Of a stretch of 64,000 nucleotides of DNA, positions 10,425-20,588 are shown in pieces. The notes under the pieces were generated by a model. The model saw nothing but the letters and a program-made list of their open reading frames with translations. It was not told the DNA's origin and made no database searches. How positions within the stretch are numbered: position 1 is the stretch's first letter; each line of letters begins with the position of its first letter. The position numbers were made by a program, and so were the translations under genes. This DNA comes from Vicinamibacterales bacterium. Lineage in GTDB: Bacteria > Acidobacteriota > Vicinamibacteria > Vicinamibacterales > UBA8438. The stretch is from positions 6,577,869 through 6,641,868 of the forward strand of contig CBDHGC010000004.1 of assembly GCA_965262925.1 (NCBI GenBank). The letters run 5' to 3'.

Positions 10425-10916
10425 TCAGACGTACGGAGGCGGCGGCGGCACGATTTCCGTGCCTCCGGGCGCCGCCGGCGGGACCGCTTTCCGGAAGAGG
10501 AACGCCCCCAGCAGACCGCCCAGCGTCGAAAAGATCGCGCTGACGATCAGCATCGTGACGAACCCGATGAGGACTCTCAACGCGACGCTGGACGACAACG
10601 CCTCGATGAGCTCGCGTACCTCCGGCGGCACGTCGAGAGCGCCGACCTCGAACATGCCCAGCGATCCCATCACCATCTGGACCGGCACCGACACCACGGC
10701 GAAAACTACGGCCCCGACTACCCCGGCAAGCAGCCCGGCGAGCGCCGCTTCACCGGGCTCGAGGGGCTCGGACTGCTCCCGCTGCAGCAACCACGTGGTT
10801 ATGGCTCCCCCGCCGAGCACCCACAGGCAGCAGCAGTTACCCAACTCGATGATGGGCAGGGCCGACAGCACGCCGTTGAACGCGCCGCCGACCAGCACCG
10901 CCTGCAGGCGGGTCAA
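10425..10916 (-). CDS. Four-TM membrane protein, translationally coupled to ino1
   Basis: TTG start overlaps the ino1 TGA; hydrophobic helices; GVLSALPII..GNCCCLW motif. Confidence 0.7.
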   Translation of the reverse strand: MTRLQAVLVGGAFNGVLSALPIIELGNCCCLWVLGGGAITTWLLQREQSEPLEPGEAALAGLLAGVVGAVVFAVVSVPVQMVMGSLGMFEVGALDVPPEVRELIEALSSSVALRVLIGFVTMLIVSAIFSTLGGLLGAFLFRKAVPPAAPGGTEIVPPPPPYV

Positions 10917-12226
10917 TCGTAGTACTCCAGGCCGAGGTGGGTGATCAGCTCCTCGCCCCGGAGGTGACGCAGGGTGTTCTTGAGCTTCATCAACTGGATG
11001 AACAGGTCGTGCTCCGGATAGAGGTCGCGGCGGTGAATGGGGCTCTTGAAGTAGAAGGAGAGCCATTCCTGGATGCCGCTCATGCCGGCCCGCGACGCGA
11101 GATCGAGGAACAGGGCCACGTCGAGCACGATGGGCGCCGCCAGAATGCTGTCCCGGCAGAGGAAGTTGATCTTGAGCTGCATCGGGTAGTCGAGCCACCC
11201 GACCAGATCGATGTTGTCCCAGCCTTCCTTGTTGTCGCCGCGCGGCGGGTAGTAGTTGATGCGGACCACGTGGTGCAGGTCGCCATAGAGCGTCGGATAA
11301 AGCTCCGGCTGCAGGATGTGATCGAGCACCGACTTCTTGCTCTCCTCCTTCGTCTTGAACGACTCCGGATCGTCGAGCACCTCGCCGTCGCGGTTCCCCA
11401 GGATGTTGGTGGAGTACCAGCCGGCCACTCCCAGCAGGCGCGCCTTCAGTCCGGGGGCAACCATCGTCTTCATCAACGTCTGGCCGGTCTTGAGGTCCTT
11501 TCCCGCGAGCGGCGATCCGGTCTGCAGGGCCAACGCCTCGAGCGCCGGCACGTCGGCGCTCAGATTCGGCGCCGCGTTGGCGTAGGGAATCCCTTCCTTG
11601 AGGGCGGCGTAAGCGTAGATCATGCTCGACGGGATGGCCGGGTCGGACGCCTCGAGACCACGCTCGAACGCGTCGAGCGACTGATGGACCGGCGCCTCCT
11701 CCATGTACACCTCGGTGCTGCCGCACCAGACCAGCACCAGCCGCTCCACCCCCTGCGTGTCCCGGAACCGGCGGATGTCGGCCCGGAGCTGCTCGGCGAG
11801 ATCGCGCTTGCTGGAGCCGGTCTTCACGTTCGGGCCGTCGAGCCTCTTGACGTAGGCCTGATCGAAGACCGCGGGCCAGGGCTGTACCGCCTCGAGCTCG
11901 GGGCGGACCTCATCGAGCAGCCCGCCCCGCAGCACCGCGGCGTTGCGCGCCGCCTCGTAGCAGTTGTCCTCGAAGATGTCCCAGCCGCCGAAAACGAGAT
12001 CGTCGAGGGTGGCGAGCGGGACGAAGTCCTTGATCAGGGGCGAACGACCCTCGGTCCTCTTGCCGAGCCGGACCGTGCCCATCTGCGTGAGCGACCCGGT
12101 CGGCGCGGCGAGTCCCTTGCGGATGGCGTGGACACCGGCGATGAGAGTCGTGCTGACGGCGCCGAGACCGGCGAGCAGAATTCCAAGGCGCCCCGTGGCC
12201 GGAGCGATCTGGCGGGAGCCTTGCAC
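10913..12226 (-). CDS. ino1: myo-inositol-1-phosphate synthase
   Basis: GLGAVSTT, VFGGWD, GKDLKTGQT, STNILGNRDG, GDNKEGWD, CRDSILAAP. Confidence 0.95.
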   Translation of the reverse strand: MQGSRQIAPATGRLGILLAGLGAVSTTLIAGVHAIRKGLAAPTGSLTQMGTVRLGKRTEGRSPLIKDFVPLATLDDLVFGGWDIFEDNCYEAARNAAVLRGGLLDEVRPELEAVQPWPAVFDQAYVKRLDGPNVKTGSSKRDLAEQLRADIRRFRDTQGVERLVLVWCGSTEVYMEEAPVHQSLDAFERGLEASDPAIPSSMIYAYAALKEGIPYANAAPNLSADVPALEALALQTGSPLAGKDLKTGQTLMKTMVAPGLKARLLGVAGWYSTNILGNRDGEVLDDPESFKTKEESKKSVLDHILQPELYPTLYGDLHHVVRINYYPPRGDNKEGWDNIDLVGWLDYPMQLKINFLCRDSILAAPIVLDVALFLDLASRAGMSGIQEWLSFYFKSPIHRRDLYPEHDLFIQLMKLKNTLRHLRGEELITHLGLEYYD

Positions 12227-12349
12227 AGGCGGAGACTATATCATGGTGTTTTGAGCCTTTGGCTTCCCGCCGGTCGCTGCCGCGGACCGAGAAGCCGACC
12301 TGAGAATTCCGGCGCGCTGCGGGCGCCGGGCGCGGATGGGACGAGGCCA

Positions 12350-12901
12350 GTGTTCAAGCTGAGAAAGAGCGGAGGTCCACGCGACCTCGAAGTGTCGATG
12401 GTCGGTCTCAAGCTCGGCGCGTCCGTGCTGCAGCTCGGCGGCCGGGACGATCAACTGATCGCGGAGCTCGCCAGGGTGGCCGGGATCAGCGGCGAAGCCG
12501 GCGTCGTCGCGGAGACGGACGCCGAGTGCGACCGGGTGCGGCGCGCGGCGGAGCGCGCCGGGGTGCTGGTGGAGGCCAGGACGGCCCGGCTCGGCGCGCT
12601 GCCCTGCGATCCCGAGTCGTTCGACGTGGTCGTGGCGCCCGACCTGATCGGGAGCCTGCGCATGAACGAACGGGTCCTGTGTCTCCAGCAGGTGCTCAAG
12701 GTGCTGAGGCCGAACGGGCGTTGCGTCGTGATCGAGGCGGCCCAGCGGGGAGGCATCGGCGGCCTCTTCTCGCAGCGGGCACTCGACCGGACCTACCTGT
12801 TGAACGGCGGCGCCGCCGGCGCTCTCGAGGCGGAAGGATTCCGGGCCGTGCGCCTCCTCGCCGAACAGGAGGGCAAGAGCTTCTTCGAGGGAACGAAATA
12901 G
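12350..12901 (+). CDS. Class I methyltransferase-fold protein (degenerate SAM motif)
   Basis: GASVLQLGG, LPCDPESFDVVV, KVLRPNGRCVVIE; corresponds to the 3' end of the long 10937..12901 ORF. Confidence 0.7.
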   Translation: MFKLRKSGGPRDLEVSMVGLKLGASVLQLGGRDDQLIAELARVAGISGEAGVVAETDAECDRVRRAAERAGVLVEARTARLGALPCDPESFDVVVAPDLIGSLRMNERVLCLQQVLKVLRPNGRCVVIEAAQRGGIGGLFSQRALDRTYLLNGGAAGALEAEGFRAVRLLAEQEGKSFFEGTK

Positions 12902-12912
12902 GGTGAGCGGAG

Positions 12913-14010
12913 ATGTCCGTACACCAGCCCGGCCAGACCACGCGTTCGGCGCGCCGCGCGCCTGAGGTCTATTCGGCGGACGAGGTCGCGCATGCGGCCG
13001 GCGTCGACGGACGCGTGGTCCGGCGCCTGATGGCCGCGGGTGAGACAGCGACCCTGGACGGCGTGTTCGTCGCCGAACGGGAGGCGGTACGCACTGCGCG
13101 CCGCCTGCGGCGCGGGCCGGCCCCCACGACCCGTTCCGTCTTCGGCGGCGCCCTCCTCGACCGGGACCTCGGAGACTCGCCGTCCGGCGCCGTCTCGGTC
13201 GCGATGTCGACCCTGGCCCACGGCATGGTCATCCCGCTCCTGGTCATGCTGACCGCAGTGCAGATGACGACGGCCTCCGACGATCCGCCGGATACCGGCG
13301 ATCGCGCCCTCTCGCGCCTGGTGTTCGTGGCCGAGCCCGGACCCGGCGGAGGTGGCGGCGGAGGAGGACTGCGGCAGCCGCTGCCGCCGCCGCGTGCGGA
13401 GCGGCGCGGCGAGAGCCGCACCAGCAGTCCCGTTCCACCGCGCGAAGAACCGGCCGTCGTGGAACCGGTCGAGGAACCGCGTCCTCCCGAGCCGCTGGAG
13501 CGCGAGGCGCTGCCCCGCATCGTGGCGCCGCTGATGGCGATGCGCGCCGACCGCCGGGATCTCCGCGGCCTGCTCGAGCCCCCACCGGCTCCGGCCACGA
13601 CCGGAGCGCCATCGAGCGGCCCCGGCCGGGACGGCGGCGTCGGCGCGGGAGCCGGGCGCGGCGTCGGCCCGGGTTCGGGAGCCGGGGTCGGCCCCGGCGC
13701 GGGCGGCGGCGCGGGCGGAGGGCCCCACCGCCTGGGAAGCGGCATTTCACCGCCGGCTATCCAGCGCGAGGTCAAGCCGGTCTATACCGCGGACGCGCTG
13801 CGGGGTGAAATCGAAGGCGACGTCGTTCTGGAGGTCGTGGTCCTCGCGACCGGCGAGGTGGGCGAAGTCCGGGTCGTCCGCAGCCTCGGTCACGGGCTCG
13901 ACGAGACCGCGGTGGCCGCCATGCGCCAGTGGCGCTTCCATCCGGCCCGGAGGCAGGGTGTCACGGTCGACGTCGTCGTCGAAGTGGCAATGGAGTTCAG
14001 GCTGCGGTAA
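12913..14010 (+). CDS. Energy transducer TonB family protein
   Basis: TM helix, GGGGGGG, Pro/Gly-rich linker, C-terminal TonB domain (PVYTADA..IEGDVVLEVVV..SLGHGLDETAVAAMRQWRFHPA). Confidence 0.88.
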   Translation: MSVHQPGQTTRSARRAPEVYSADEVAHAAGVDGRVVRRLMAAGETATLDGVFVAEREAVRTARRLRRGPAPTTRSVFGGALLDRDLGDSPSGAVSVAMSTLAHGMVIPLLVMLTAVQMTTASDDPPDTGDRALSRLVFVAEPGPGGGGGGGGLRQPLPPPRAERRGESRTSSPVPPREEPAVVEPVEEPRPPEPLEREALPRIVAPLMAMRADRRDLRGLLEPPPAPATTGAPSSGPGRDGGVGAGAGRGVGPGSGAGVGPGAGGGAGGGPHRLGSGISPPAIQREVKPVYTADALRGEIEGDVVLEVVVLATGEVGEVRVVRSLGHGLDETAVAAMRQWRFHPARRQGVTVDVVVEVAMEFRLR

Positions 14011-14017
14011 AGGAACG

Positions 14018-14749
14018 ATGGTCGAGATGACGCTGATCGCCGTGACCCTGCTGTCGCTGTTCCTGGCCATCGCCATGGGCGTGGTGACGTGGCGGCTCGT
14101 GCAGGAAGAGCGGCGGCGGTCGGCCGCGCGGCTGGCGGCGCTCGCGGCCGAGCTGAGAAGCGGCGAGGGATGGTCCGCGAGCGATGTGCCGGGACCGTTC
14201 GAGCCGGAGCCCGCGGCGGACGATGGCGCCGCAAGCGAGCCCGGGGCCGAGATCGGCGGGCTGTTCTCTTCACCCGTGCCGTCGACGCCGGCGGGCTGGG
14301 GGCGCTTCGCCGCCCTCGCGGGAGCGGCGGGCGTCGTACTCGCCGTCGTGGCAACCGTGTTCCTGCTGTCCGAACCCGGTGCCGGTGACGCGAACGAGCC
14401 ACTGGACGATGCCCGTCCGCCGCTCGATCTGATCGCGCTGCGGCACGCGGCCGAGGGACCGTTTCTCGACATCAGCGGGTCGGTTCGCAACCCGGCGGCG
14501 GTCGACGCCGAGCGGCTGTCGGTCGTCGCGATGGCGTTCGACGCGGCCGGCACGCTGGTGGCCACCCGCCGGACACCCGTGGATACTCCCTCGCTCCCGC
14601 CCGGCGCCGACTCCCCGTTCACGATTCGCCTGCTGGCCTCCGGCATCAGCCGGTACCGGATCAGCTTCCTTCTGGACGAAACGACGATTCCGCATATAGA
14701 TCGCCGCTCGGCCGTGCAACCTCCGATCCCCGTGGGAGATGCGTCATGA
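14018..14749 (+). CDS. Membrane-anchored hypothetical protein with FxLYD-like Ig domain
   Basis: Two TM segments, then ISGSVRNP...AFDAAGTLV...LPPGADSPF. Confidence 0.7.
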   Translation: MVEMTLIAVTLLSLFLAIAMGVVTWRLVQEERRRSAARLAALAAELRSGEGWSASDVPGPFEPEPAADDGAASEPGAEIGGLFSSPVPSTPAGWGRFAALAGAAGVVLAVVATVFLLSEPGAGDANEPLDDARPPLDLIALRHAAEGPFLDISGSVRNPAAVDAERLSVVAMAFDAAGTLVATRRTPVDTPSLPPGADSPFTIRLLASGISRYRISFLLDETTIPHIDRRSAVQPPIPVGDAS

Positions 14750-15807
14750 AGCACGCGTGCGCCGGCATCCGGATTCCATCTCTCCTGCTGGCCGTCGCGG
14801 CCATGGCGCCCGCAATAGCCGCCGCCCAGGACACCGACCGTCCGGCGTTCCGGTTCCGCACCGGCGTCGACCTGATCAACGTGAGCGCAACCGTGACCGA
14901 CCGGCGCGGTCGCTTCGTGTCCGGTCTCGACAAGGACGACTTCCTCGTCTACGAAGACGGCGTGCCGCAGACCCTCACCCACTTCAGCCGCGAGCGCGTA
15001 CCGGTCAGCCTCGGCATCGTGCTCGACACGAGCGGCAGCATGGAGGGCGAGCGGATGGCCGCCGCGCGGAGCGCCCTCGACCGCTTCCTGTTCGACCTGC
15101 TCGGCCCGGACGACGAGTTCTTCCTGTACCGGTTCAACTACCAGCCGCGGCTCGTGCACGACTGGACCAACGACCCCGAACGGGTGAGCCGCGCCCTCGG
15201 CGGCATCCGTCCCCGCGGGGGCACCGCGCTCTACGATGCGGTGGCCGACGCCGTGGTGCTGGCGGAACAGGGCCGGCACCGCAAGAAGGCGGTGGTCGTC
15301 ATCTCGGACGGCAACGACACCAACAGCGAGATTCGTGTCCGCGACCTGCAGCGGTTGATTCGCGAGACCGAGGTCATGGTCTACGCCATCGGCATCGACA
15401 GCCGGGGACCGTCGCGGTACGGCGGCGGCCGGCCGCCGGCGCCGCGGACGCGCCCGCCGGTGCGGATCCCCTTCCCGATTCCCGGCGGCGGCGGGAGGGG
15501 ACGCCTGCCGATCCCGCCGACGACCCGTGTGCCCGGGGGCGGAGCGGTGTTCGGCGCCGGCGACCGGGTCAACGCGTCCGCGCTGCGCGACCTGACCGAC
15601 GACAGCGGCGGCCGGACGGAGGTCATCCGCGACGCCGACGACCTCGACGCCGCCACCGCGGGGATCGCCGACGAGCTCAGCCGGCAGTACTTCCTCGCCT
15701 ACCCGGCGCCGGGCCACGCAGACGGACGCTGGCACGAGATAGAGGTCGAGATCCGGGACTCGCGGCTTCGCGTCCGGGCGCGGCGGGGCTATATCGCCAC
15801 GCCGTAA
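14746..15807 (+). CDS. VWA domain protein (Acidobacterial VWFA-related)
   Basis: FRTGVDLINVSATVTD, MIDAS DTSGSM, GGTALYDAV, VVISDGND, ELSRQYFLAY. Confidence 0.92.
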   Translation: MKHACAGIRIPSLLLAVAAMAPAIAAAQDTDRPAFRFRTGVDLINVSATVTDRRGRFVSGLDKDDFLVYEDGVPQTLTHFSRERVPVSLGIVLDTSGSMEGERMAAARSALDRFLFDLLGPDDEFFLYRFNYQPRLVHDWTNDPERVSRALGGIRPRGGTALYDAVADAVVLAEQGRHRKKAVVVISDGNDTNSEIRVRDLQRLIRETEVMVYAIGIDSRGPSRYGGGRPPAPRTRPPVRIPFPIPGGGGRGRLPIPPTTRVPGGGAVFGAGDRVNASALRDLTDDSGGRTEVIRDADDLDAATAGIADELSRQYFLAYPAPGHADGRWHEIEVEIRDSRLRVRARRGYIATP

Positions 15808-15902
15808 CCGGCCAGCCCCGACGCCGCGGCGTCAGCCGGGAATCCCGGCCGACGCACGGGAGCCCGGCCGCGATCCGACCGGGTGGTACACTCGCACGCC
15901 CG

Positions 15903-18578
15903 ATGGATGCCAGCAACACCGTCTTCCTGATCGACGGCAGCTCCCAGATGTACCGTGCGTTCCACGCGATACGGGGGCTGAGCGCGCCGGACGGCCGGCC
16001 GACGAACGCCGTCTTCGGTTTCGTCACGATGCTGCGCAAGCTCATCGCCGACCATCGGCCGGCCCTGATTGCCGCCGCCTTCGACGTCCGGGGACCGACC
16101 TTCCGGAACGAGCTCGCGGCCGACTACAAGGCGAACCGGGCGCCGATGCCGCCCGACCTGCGCGAGCAGGTGCCGCACGTGCACGAGGCGTGCGAGGCCC
16201 TCGGCGTGCCGGTGCTGACGCAAGCGACGTTCGAGGCGGACGACGTCATCGGGACGCTGGCCGCGCAGGCCCGCGTTGCCGGCTTCGATGTGGCCATCGT
16301 CACCGGCGACAAGGACTTCTTCCAGCTCGTCCGCGACGGCGTATCGGTCTTCAACCCGCGCGACCCCGGCACGTGGTACGACGCCGGCGGCGTGCAGGCG
16401 AAGTTCGGCGTCGGGCCCGAGCAGGTGATCGACGTCCTGGCCCTGATGGGCGACGCCGTCGACAACGTGAAGGGCGTCCCCGGCATCGGCGAGAAGGGCG
16501 CCCGCGAGCTGATCGCGGCGCACGGCTCCCTCGATGCGCTGCTGGAGCACACCGCGGACGTCAAGAAGAAGAGACAACGAACGGCGCTCGAGCAGCATGC
16601 GGACGAGGCGCGCAGGAGCCGCGAGCTGGTCACCATCCGGACGGACGTGCCGGTCCCGTTCGAGCCGGACAAGCTCCGCTACCGCGGCCCGTCACCCGAC
16701 CATTGCTTCACGCTCTTCACGGCGCTCGGCTTCCGGACCCTCGTGCCCGAGTACGCGCCGACGGCAACGACCGTCGAAAAGGACTACGGCGTGGTGCGGT
16801 CCGAATCGGAACTCGCGGCGCTGCTCGACGCCATCGGGCGCGCCGGGCGGGTCGGCCTCGCGGTAGTGGCCGGGGAGTCGGACGCGATGCGCGCCGACCT
16901 CGTCGGAATCGCGCTCTCGGCCGGTCCGGGTCATGCGCGCTACGTGGCGCTCGGACACCGGACGCTGGGGGCCGATGCCGGCCTCGGGCGCGAGGCGTTG
17001 CTCGCCGCGCTGGCGAAGCCGCTGGCCGACGCGGCGGTGGCGAAGGTGGGCCACGACCTCAAGCAGGCCACTCTCGTCCTCGGCCGCCACGGCGTCCCCC
17101 TGGCGGGGCTCGACCTCGATACGCTGCTCGCCAGCTATCTCCTCGACGCCACCCGGTCGGGCCATGACCTGGGCGACCTCGCCCTGGAGGCTGTCGGCTA
17201 CAAGGCGATAACCCCCGAGGAGGTGTTCGGCAAGGGAGCGAAGGCGCTCGGCCCCGCCGACGTGCCGGTCGACGCGGTGGTCGAGTACGCCGGCGAACGA
17301 AGCGACTTGGCGCTGCAGGTCGCCGAGGGTCAGCGCGCCCAACTCGTCCGCGACGGGCTCGAGCCGCTCTACCGCGACCTCGAGCTGCCGCTCGTGCCGG
17401 TGCTGGCCGACCTGGAGCGCGCCGGCGTGCGGCTCGACGTCGATGCACTGGCCGTGCAGTCGGTGGCGATGGACAAGCAGTTGTCGGCGCTGCAGGCCGA
17501 GATCCACGCTCTCGCCGGCGAACCCTTCAACATCAACTCGCCGCGGCAGCTCTCGACCATACTCTTCGACAAGCTGCAGCTCCCGTCCCGGAAGCGCACC
17601 GGCAAGACGAAGGCGGCCTCCACGTCGGTCGACGTGCTCGAAGAGCTCGCCCTCGTCCACGAGCTGCCGCGGAGAGTGTTGGAGTGGCGCAGCCTCGCGA
17701 AGCTCAAGGGGACCTACGTCGACGCGCTGCCGCAGCTCGTCAATCCCGAGACCGGACGGCTGCACACGTCGTTCAACCAGGCGGTGGCGGCGACCGGGCG
17801 GCTGAGCAGCCGCGATCCGAACCTGCAGAACATCCCGATCCGGACCGCCGTCGGCCGCGAGATCCGCGGCGCCTTCACCGCACCGCCGGGGGCGGTCCTG
17901 ATCTCCGCCGACTACTCGCAGATCGAGCTGCGGGTGCTGGCCCACCTCTCCGGCGACCCGAACCTGACCGGCGCCTTCGAGCGGGGCGAGGACATCCACG
18001 CTCAGACCGCGTTCAAGGTCTTCGGAGCCGACAGCGGACTCGACCCGCACGAGCTGCGGCGGCGGGCCAAGATCGTCAACTACGCCCTGCTCTACGGCAA
18101 GACCGCCTTCACCCTGTCGAAGGACATCGGCGTCGCCCCCAAGGCCGCACAGACGTTCATCGACGCCTACTTCGAGGGCTTCCCAGCCGTCCGCGCCTAC
18201 CTGGAGAAGACGCTCGACACGGCGCGCGAGACCGGCGTCGTGACCACGATGTTCGACCGGCGGCGGCGCGTGCCCGAGATCGCGAGCCGCAACGGCCAGC
18301 TTCGGAGCGCCGCGGAGCGCGCCGCGGTGAACATGCCCATCCAGGGCAGCGCGGCCGACATCCTGAAGCGGGCGATGATCGACGTGCACGCCGCCCTGCC
18401 ACCCGACGCACGGATGATCCTGACCGTCCACGACGAGCTGCTGTTCGAGGCCCCCGAGTCGCACGCGCGGGAGGTCGCCGAGCTGGTCCGAACGAAGATG
18501 GAGTCCGCCGTCAAGCTGTCGGTCCCCCTGACCGTCGACGTCGGAATCGGCCGGAACTGGAAAGAGGCGAAGGGCTGA
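15903..18578 (+). CDS. polA: DNA polymerase I
   Basis: 5'-3' exonuclease (LIDGSS, EADDVIGT, GVPGIGEKGA) and Pol A motifs (TGRLSSRDPNLQNIP, ADYSQIELR, TVHDELLFE). Confidence 0.98.
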   Translation: MDASNTVFLIDGSSQMYRAFHAIRGLSAPDGRPTNAVFGFVTMLRKLIADHRPALIAAAFDVRGPTFRNELAADYKANRAPMPPDLREQVPHVHEACEALGVPVLTQATFEADDVIGTLAAQARVAGFDVAIVTGDKDFFQLVRDGVSVFNPRDPGTWYDAGGVQAKFGVGPEQVIDVLALMGDAVDNVKGVPGIGEKGARELIAAHGSLDALLEHTADVKKKRQRTALEQHADEARRSRELVTIRTDVPVPFEPDKLRYRGPSPDHCFTLFTALGFRTLVPEYAPTATTVEKDYGVVRSESELAALLDAIGRAGRVGLAVVAGESDAMRADLVGIALSAGPGHARYVALGHRTLGADAGLGREALLAALAKPLADAAVAKVGHDLKQATLVLGRHGVPLAGLDLDTLLASYLLDATRSGHDLGDLALEAVGYKAITPEEVFGKGAKALGPADVPVDAVVEYAGERSDLALQVAEGQRAQLVRDGLEPLYRDLELPLVPVLADLERAGVRLDVDALAVQSVAMDKQLSALQAEIHALAGEPFNINSPRQLSTILFDKLQLPSRKRTGKTKAASTSVDVLEELALVHELPRRVLEWRSLAKLKGTYVDALPQLVNPETGRLHTSFNQAVAATGRLSSRDPNLQNIPIRTAVGREIRGAFTAPPGAVLISADYSQIELRVLAHLSGDPNLTGAFERGEDIHAQTAFKVFGADSGLDPHELRRRAKIVNYALLYGKTAFTLSKDIGVAPKAAQTFIDAYFEGFPAVRAYLEKTLDTARETGVVTTMFDRRRRVPEIASRNGQLRSAAERAAVNMPIQGSAADILKRAMIDVHAALPPDARMILTVHDELLFEAPESHAREVAELVRTKMESAVKLSVPLTVDVGIGRNWKEAKG

Positions 18579-18642
18579 CGAGGCGCGTAGACGGGCCGGA
18601 CCTCGGTCGAAGCCCAGCCCGTCCGCTGTCTGCGATTACTGC

Positions 18643-19146
18643 CTAACGCATGAAGGTCAGCGTCCCCATATCGACGACCGGCTCCACACACGAGGCGTTG
18701 GTCATCCAGTCTCCTTCCATCGTGGTCTCGTCGAAGGACGCGGTCACCGCGATAGCACAGCCCTCGGGAAAATAGTCCGGGAACCCTTCGATCGCGAACG
18801 CGAGCTCCGTGCTCATATTGTCCACGGTTCCCGTCACGGCGCCGCCAAGCGGGACTTCCGAAGGTGCGCCGGGCACGGGAGGCAGCCTGACCGTAGCCGT
18901 CCAGCTACCTGTCACCGTCGTTCCATCATGGGTAAGGTCCACGCTGGCGTTGTCACCGGAGATGAGCTCGCCCTCGAACGAACCGGACCAGGTTCCCGTG
19001 ACCGTAACCGGATCCGGATCCGGATCCGGATCCGGATCCGGATCCGTGGTCGTCGGCGCGGTCGGCGTATCGTCGTCGCCGCAGCCGGCGGCCAGCAGTG
19101 CAAAGCAGAGAATGATCGCCCAGCGGGCGGGGTTGCTCTTCAACAT
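18643..19146 (-). CDS. Lipoprotein with Asp-Pro linker and small beta domain
   Basis: Lipobox LAAGC, (DP)6 linker, VTGTWSGS beta-strand pattern. Confidence 0.8.
   Translation of the reverse strand: MLKSNPARWAIILCFALLAAGCGDDDTPTAPTTTDPDPDPDPDPDPVTVTGTWSGSFEGELISGDNASVDLTHDGTTVTGSWTATVRLPPVPGAPSEVPLGGAVTGTVDNMSTELAFAIEGFPDYFPEGCAIAVTASFDETTMEGDWMTNASCVEPVVDMGTLTFMR
19008..19046. repeat. (CCGGAT)6 coding tandem repeat
   Basis: Six exact hexamers plus CCG; encodes DPDPDP on the minus strand. Confidence 0.95.
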
Positions 19147-19229
19147 GAGTCGTGCCGATACCTTTCAATCGCCGGCGCACCGCGAGCCGGCATTCGCCGG
19201 CCCACCGCGCGCCGGCAGTGTGACGCCGC

Positions 19230-20588
19230 TCACAGACTGAGCGGCGCCGTGTTGAGCAGTCCCGTACTGTCGCCGAGCTGCTCGGCCGGCACCCCGGCCT
19301 TGTCGAGCACCGTCAACAGCAGGTTCGCATACGGCGTGTCCGCCGCATAGGCGCGGTGCCGCCCGCCGCGCAGCCGTCCGCCGCCGCCGCCCGCCACGAG
19401 GCACGGCAGGTTCGTGTGCTCGTGGAGGTTGCCGTTCCCGATGCCGCCGCCGTAGACGATCATCGAGTGATCCAGAAGGTTGCCGTCGCCGTCCGGCGTC
19501 TCGCGCAGCTTGCCGAGCAGATAGGAAAGCACCTGGATGTGATACGTGTCGATCTTCGACTTCTTGGCGATGTACTCGGGGTCGTTACGGTGATGCGAGA
19601 CCGTGTGGTGCTGATCCGGCACCCCGATCTGCGGGTACGGCCGCGGGCTCGCCTCGCGCGCCATCATGAGCGTGAACACCCGCGTGACGTCGGCCTGGAA
19701 CGCCAGCACCTGCAGGTCGAACATCAGCTTCGCATGGTCCTCGAACTCCTCGGGGATGTCGACCGGCCGCTCCGGCAGCTCGACGAACGACTCGTGGCCC
19801 CGCGACTCCGAGCGCTGGACCCGCTGCTCGATGTCGCGCACCGCGTCGAGATACTCGTCCAGCTTGTTGCGATCGCTCGGGCCGAGCGTTCCCCCCAACC
19901 GTGCCACTTCCGCGGTCACCGAGTCCAGGATGCTTCCGGTCTGCCGAACCACCGCAAGGCGGTCGGCGGCGCTGCCGCCCTCTCCGAACAGCCGCTCGAA
20001 GACGACGCGCGGATGCGCTTCCATGTCGAGCGGGGTGGTCTCGTTGCGCCACGAGATCGTGTTCGAGTAGAAGCAGTCGCCGGTGTCGCAGGCGATGGCG
20101 GTCGGCTGCTCCAGGGCCAGCTCGAGTGACGGCAGCGGCGTCTCCTTGCCGAACTCGCGCGCCGCGATCTGATCCGCCGTAGTTCCCAGCTTGATGGCGG
20201 TCGGCCCCTGGCGCCCGCGGCGCTCCCAGGCGTGGACACCGCTCAACCAGACCGCGGTCGCCCGCGGGTGATCCCCGTTGCCGTCGCCGAACGAGTCGGC
20301 CTGCCGGTGGGCCAGACCGCTCAGGACCAGCACCTGGTCCCGAAACGGCTCGAGCGGGCTCAGAATCGGTGAGAAGTCGAATCCGCGTCCGGTCTGCGCC
20401 GGCACCCACCGCTCCTGGATGACCCCGTTCGGAACGTAGATGAATCCCAGCCGGCGGGCCGGCGCCGCGGCGGCGCGCGCCGCCGATGACGCGGCCGGCA
20501 CCATGGCGTCGAGGAACGGCAGGGCCAGCGTGGCGCCGACGCCGCGCAGGAACGTCCGCCGGGGCAGGGCTTTCTGCATGATGATCAT
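19230..20588 (-). CDS. DUF1552 family Tat-exported protein (copy 1)
   Basis: RRTFLRG Tat motif, GDH, PRVVFERLFG, HHTVSHH, DGNLLDHS, GNLHEH; ATGA overlap with DUF1592 gene. Confidence 0.9.
   Translation of the reverse strand: MIIMQKALPRRTFLRGVGATLALPFLDAMVPAASSAARAAAAPARRLGFIYVPNGVIQERWVPAQTGRGFDFSPILSPLEPFRDQVLVLSGLAHRQADSFGDGNGDHPRATAVWLSGVHAWERRGRQGPTAIKLGTTADQIAAREFGKETPLPSLELALEQPTAIACDTGDCFYSNTISWRNETTPLDMEAHPRVVFERLFGEGGSAADRLAVVRQTGSILDSVTAEVARLGGTLGPSDRNKLDEYLDAVRDIEQRVQRSESRGHESFVELPERPVDIPEEFEDHAKLMFDLQVLAFQADVTRVFTLMMAREASPRPYPQIGVPDQHHTVSHHRNDPEYIAKKSKIDTYHIQVLSYLLGKLRETPDGDGNLLDHSMIVYGGGIGNGNLHEHTNLPCLVAGGGGGRLRGGRHRAYAADTPYANLLLTVLDKAGVPAEQLGDSTGLLNTAPLSL

Noticed and set aside
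14739-15902. Apparent 388-aa N-terminal extension of PolA (1279-aa ORF)
   Set aside because: Out-of-frame overlap with the VWA gene; PolA homology starts at MDASNTVFLIDG (15903), with a -10 element just upstream
18590-18623. Rho-independent terminator after polA
   Set aside because: A GC hairpin is present but there is no U-tract on either strand; noted only as a possible REP-like stem
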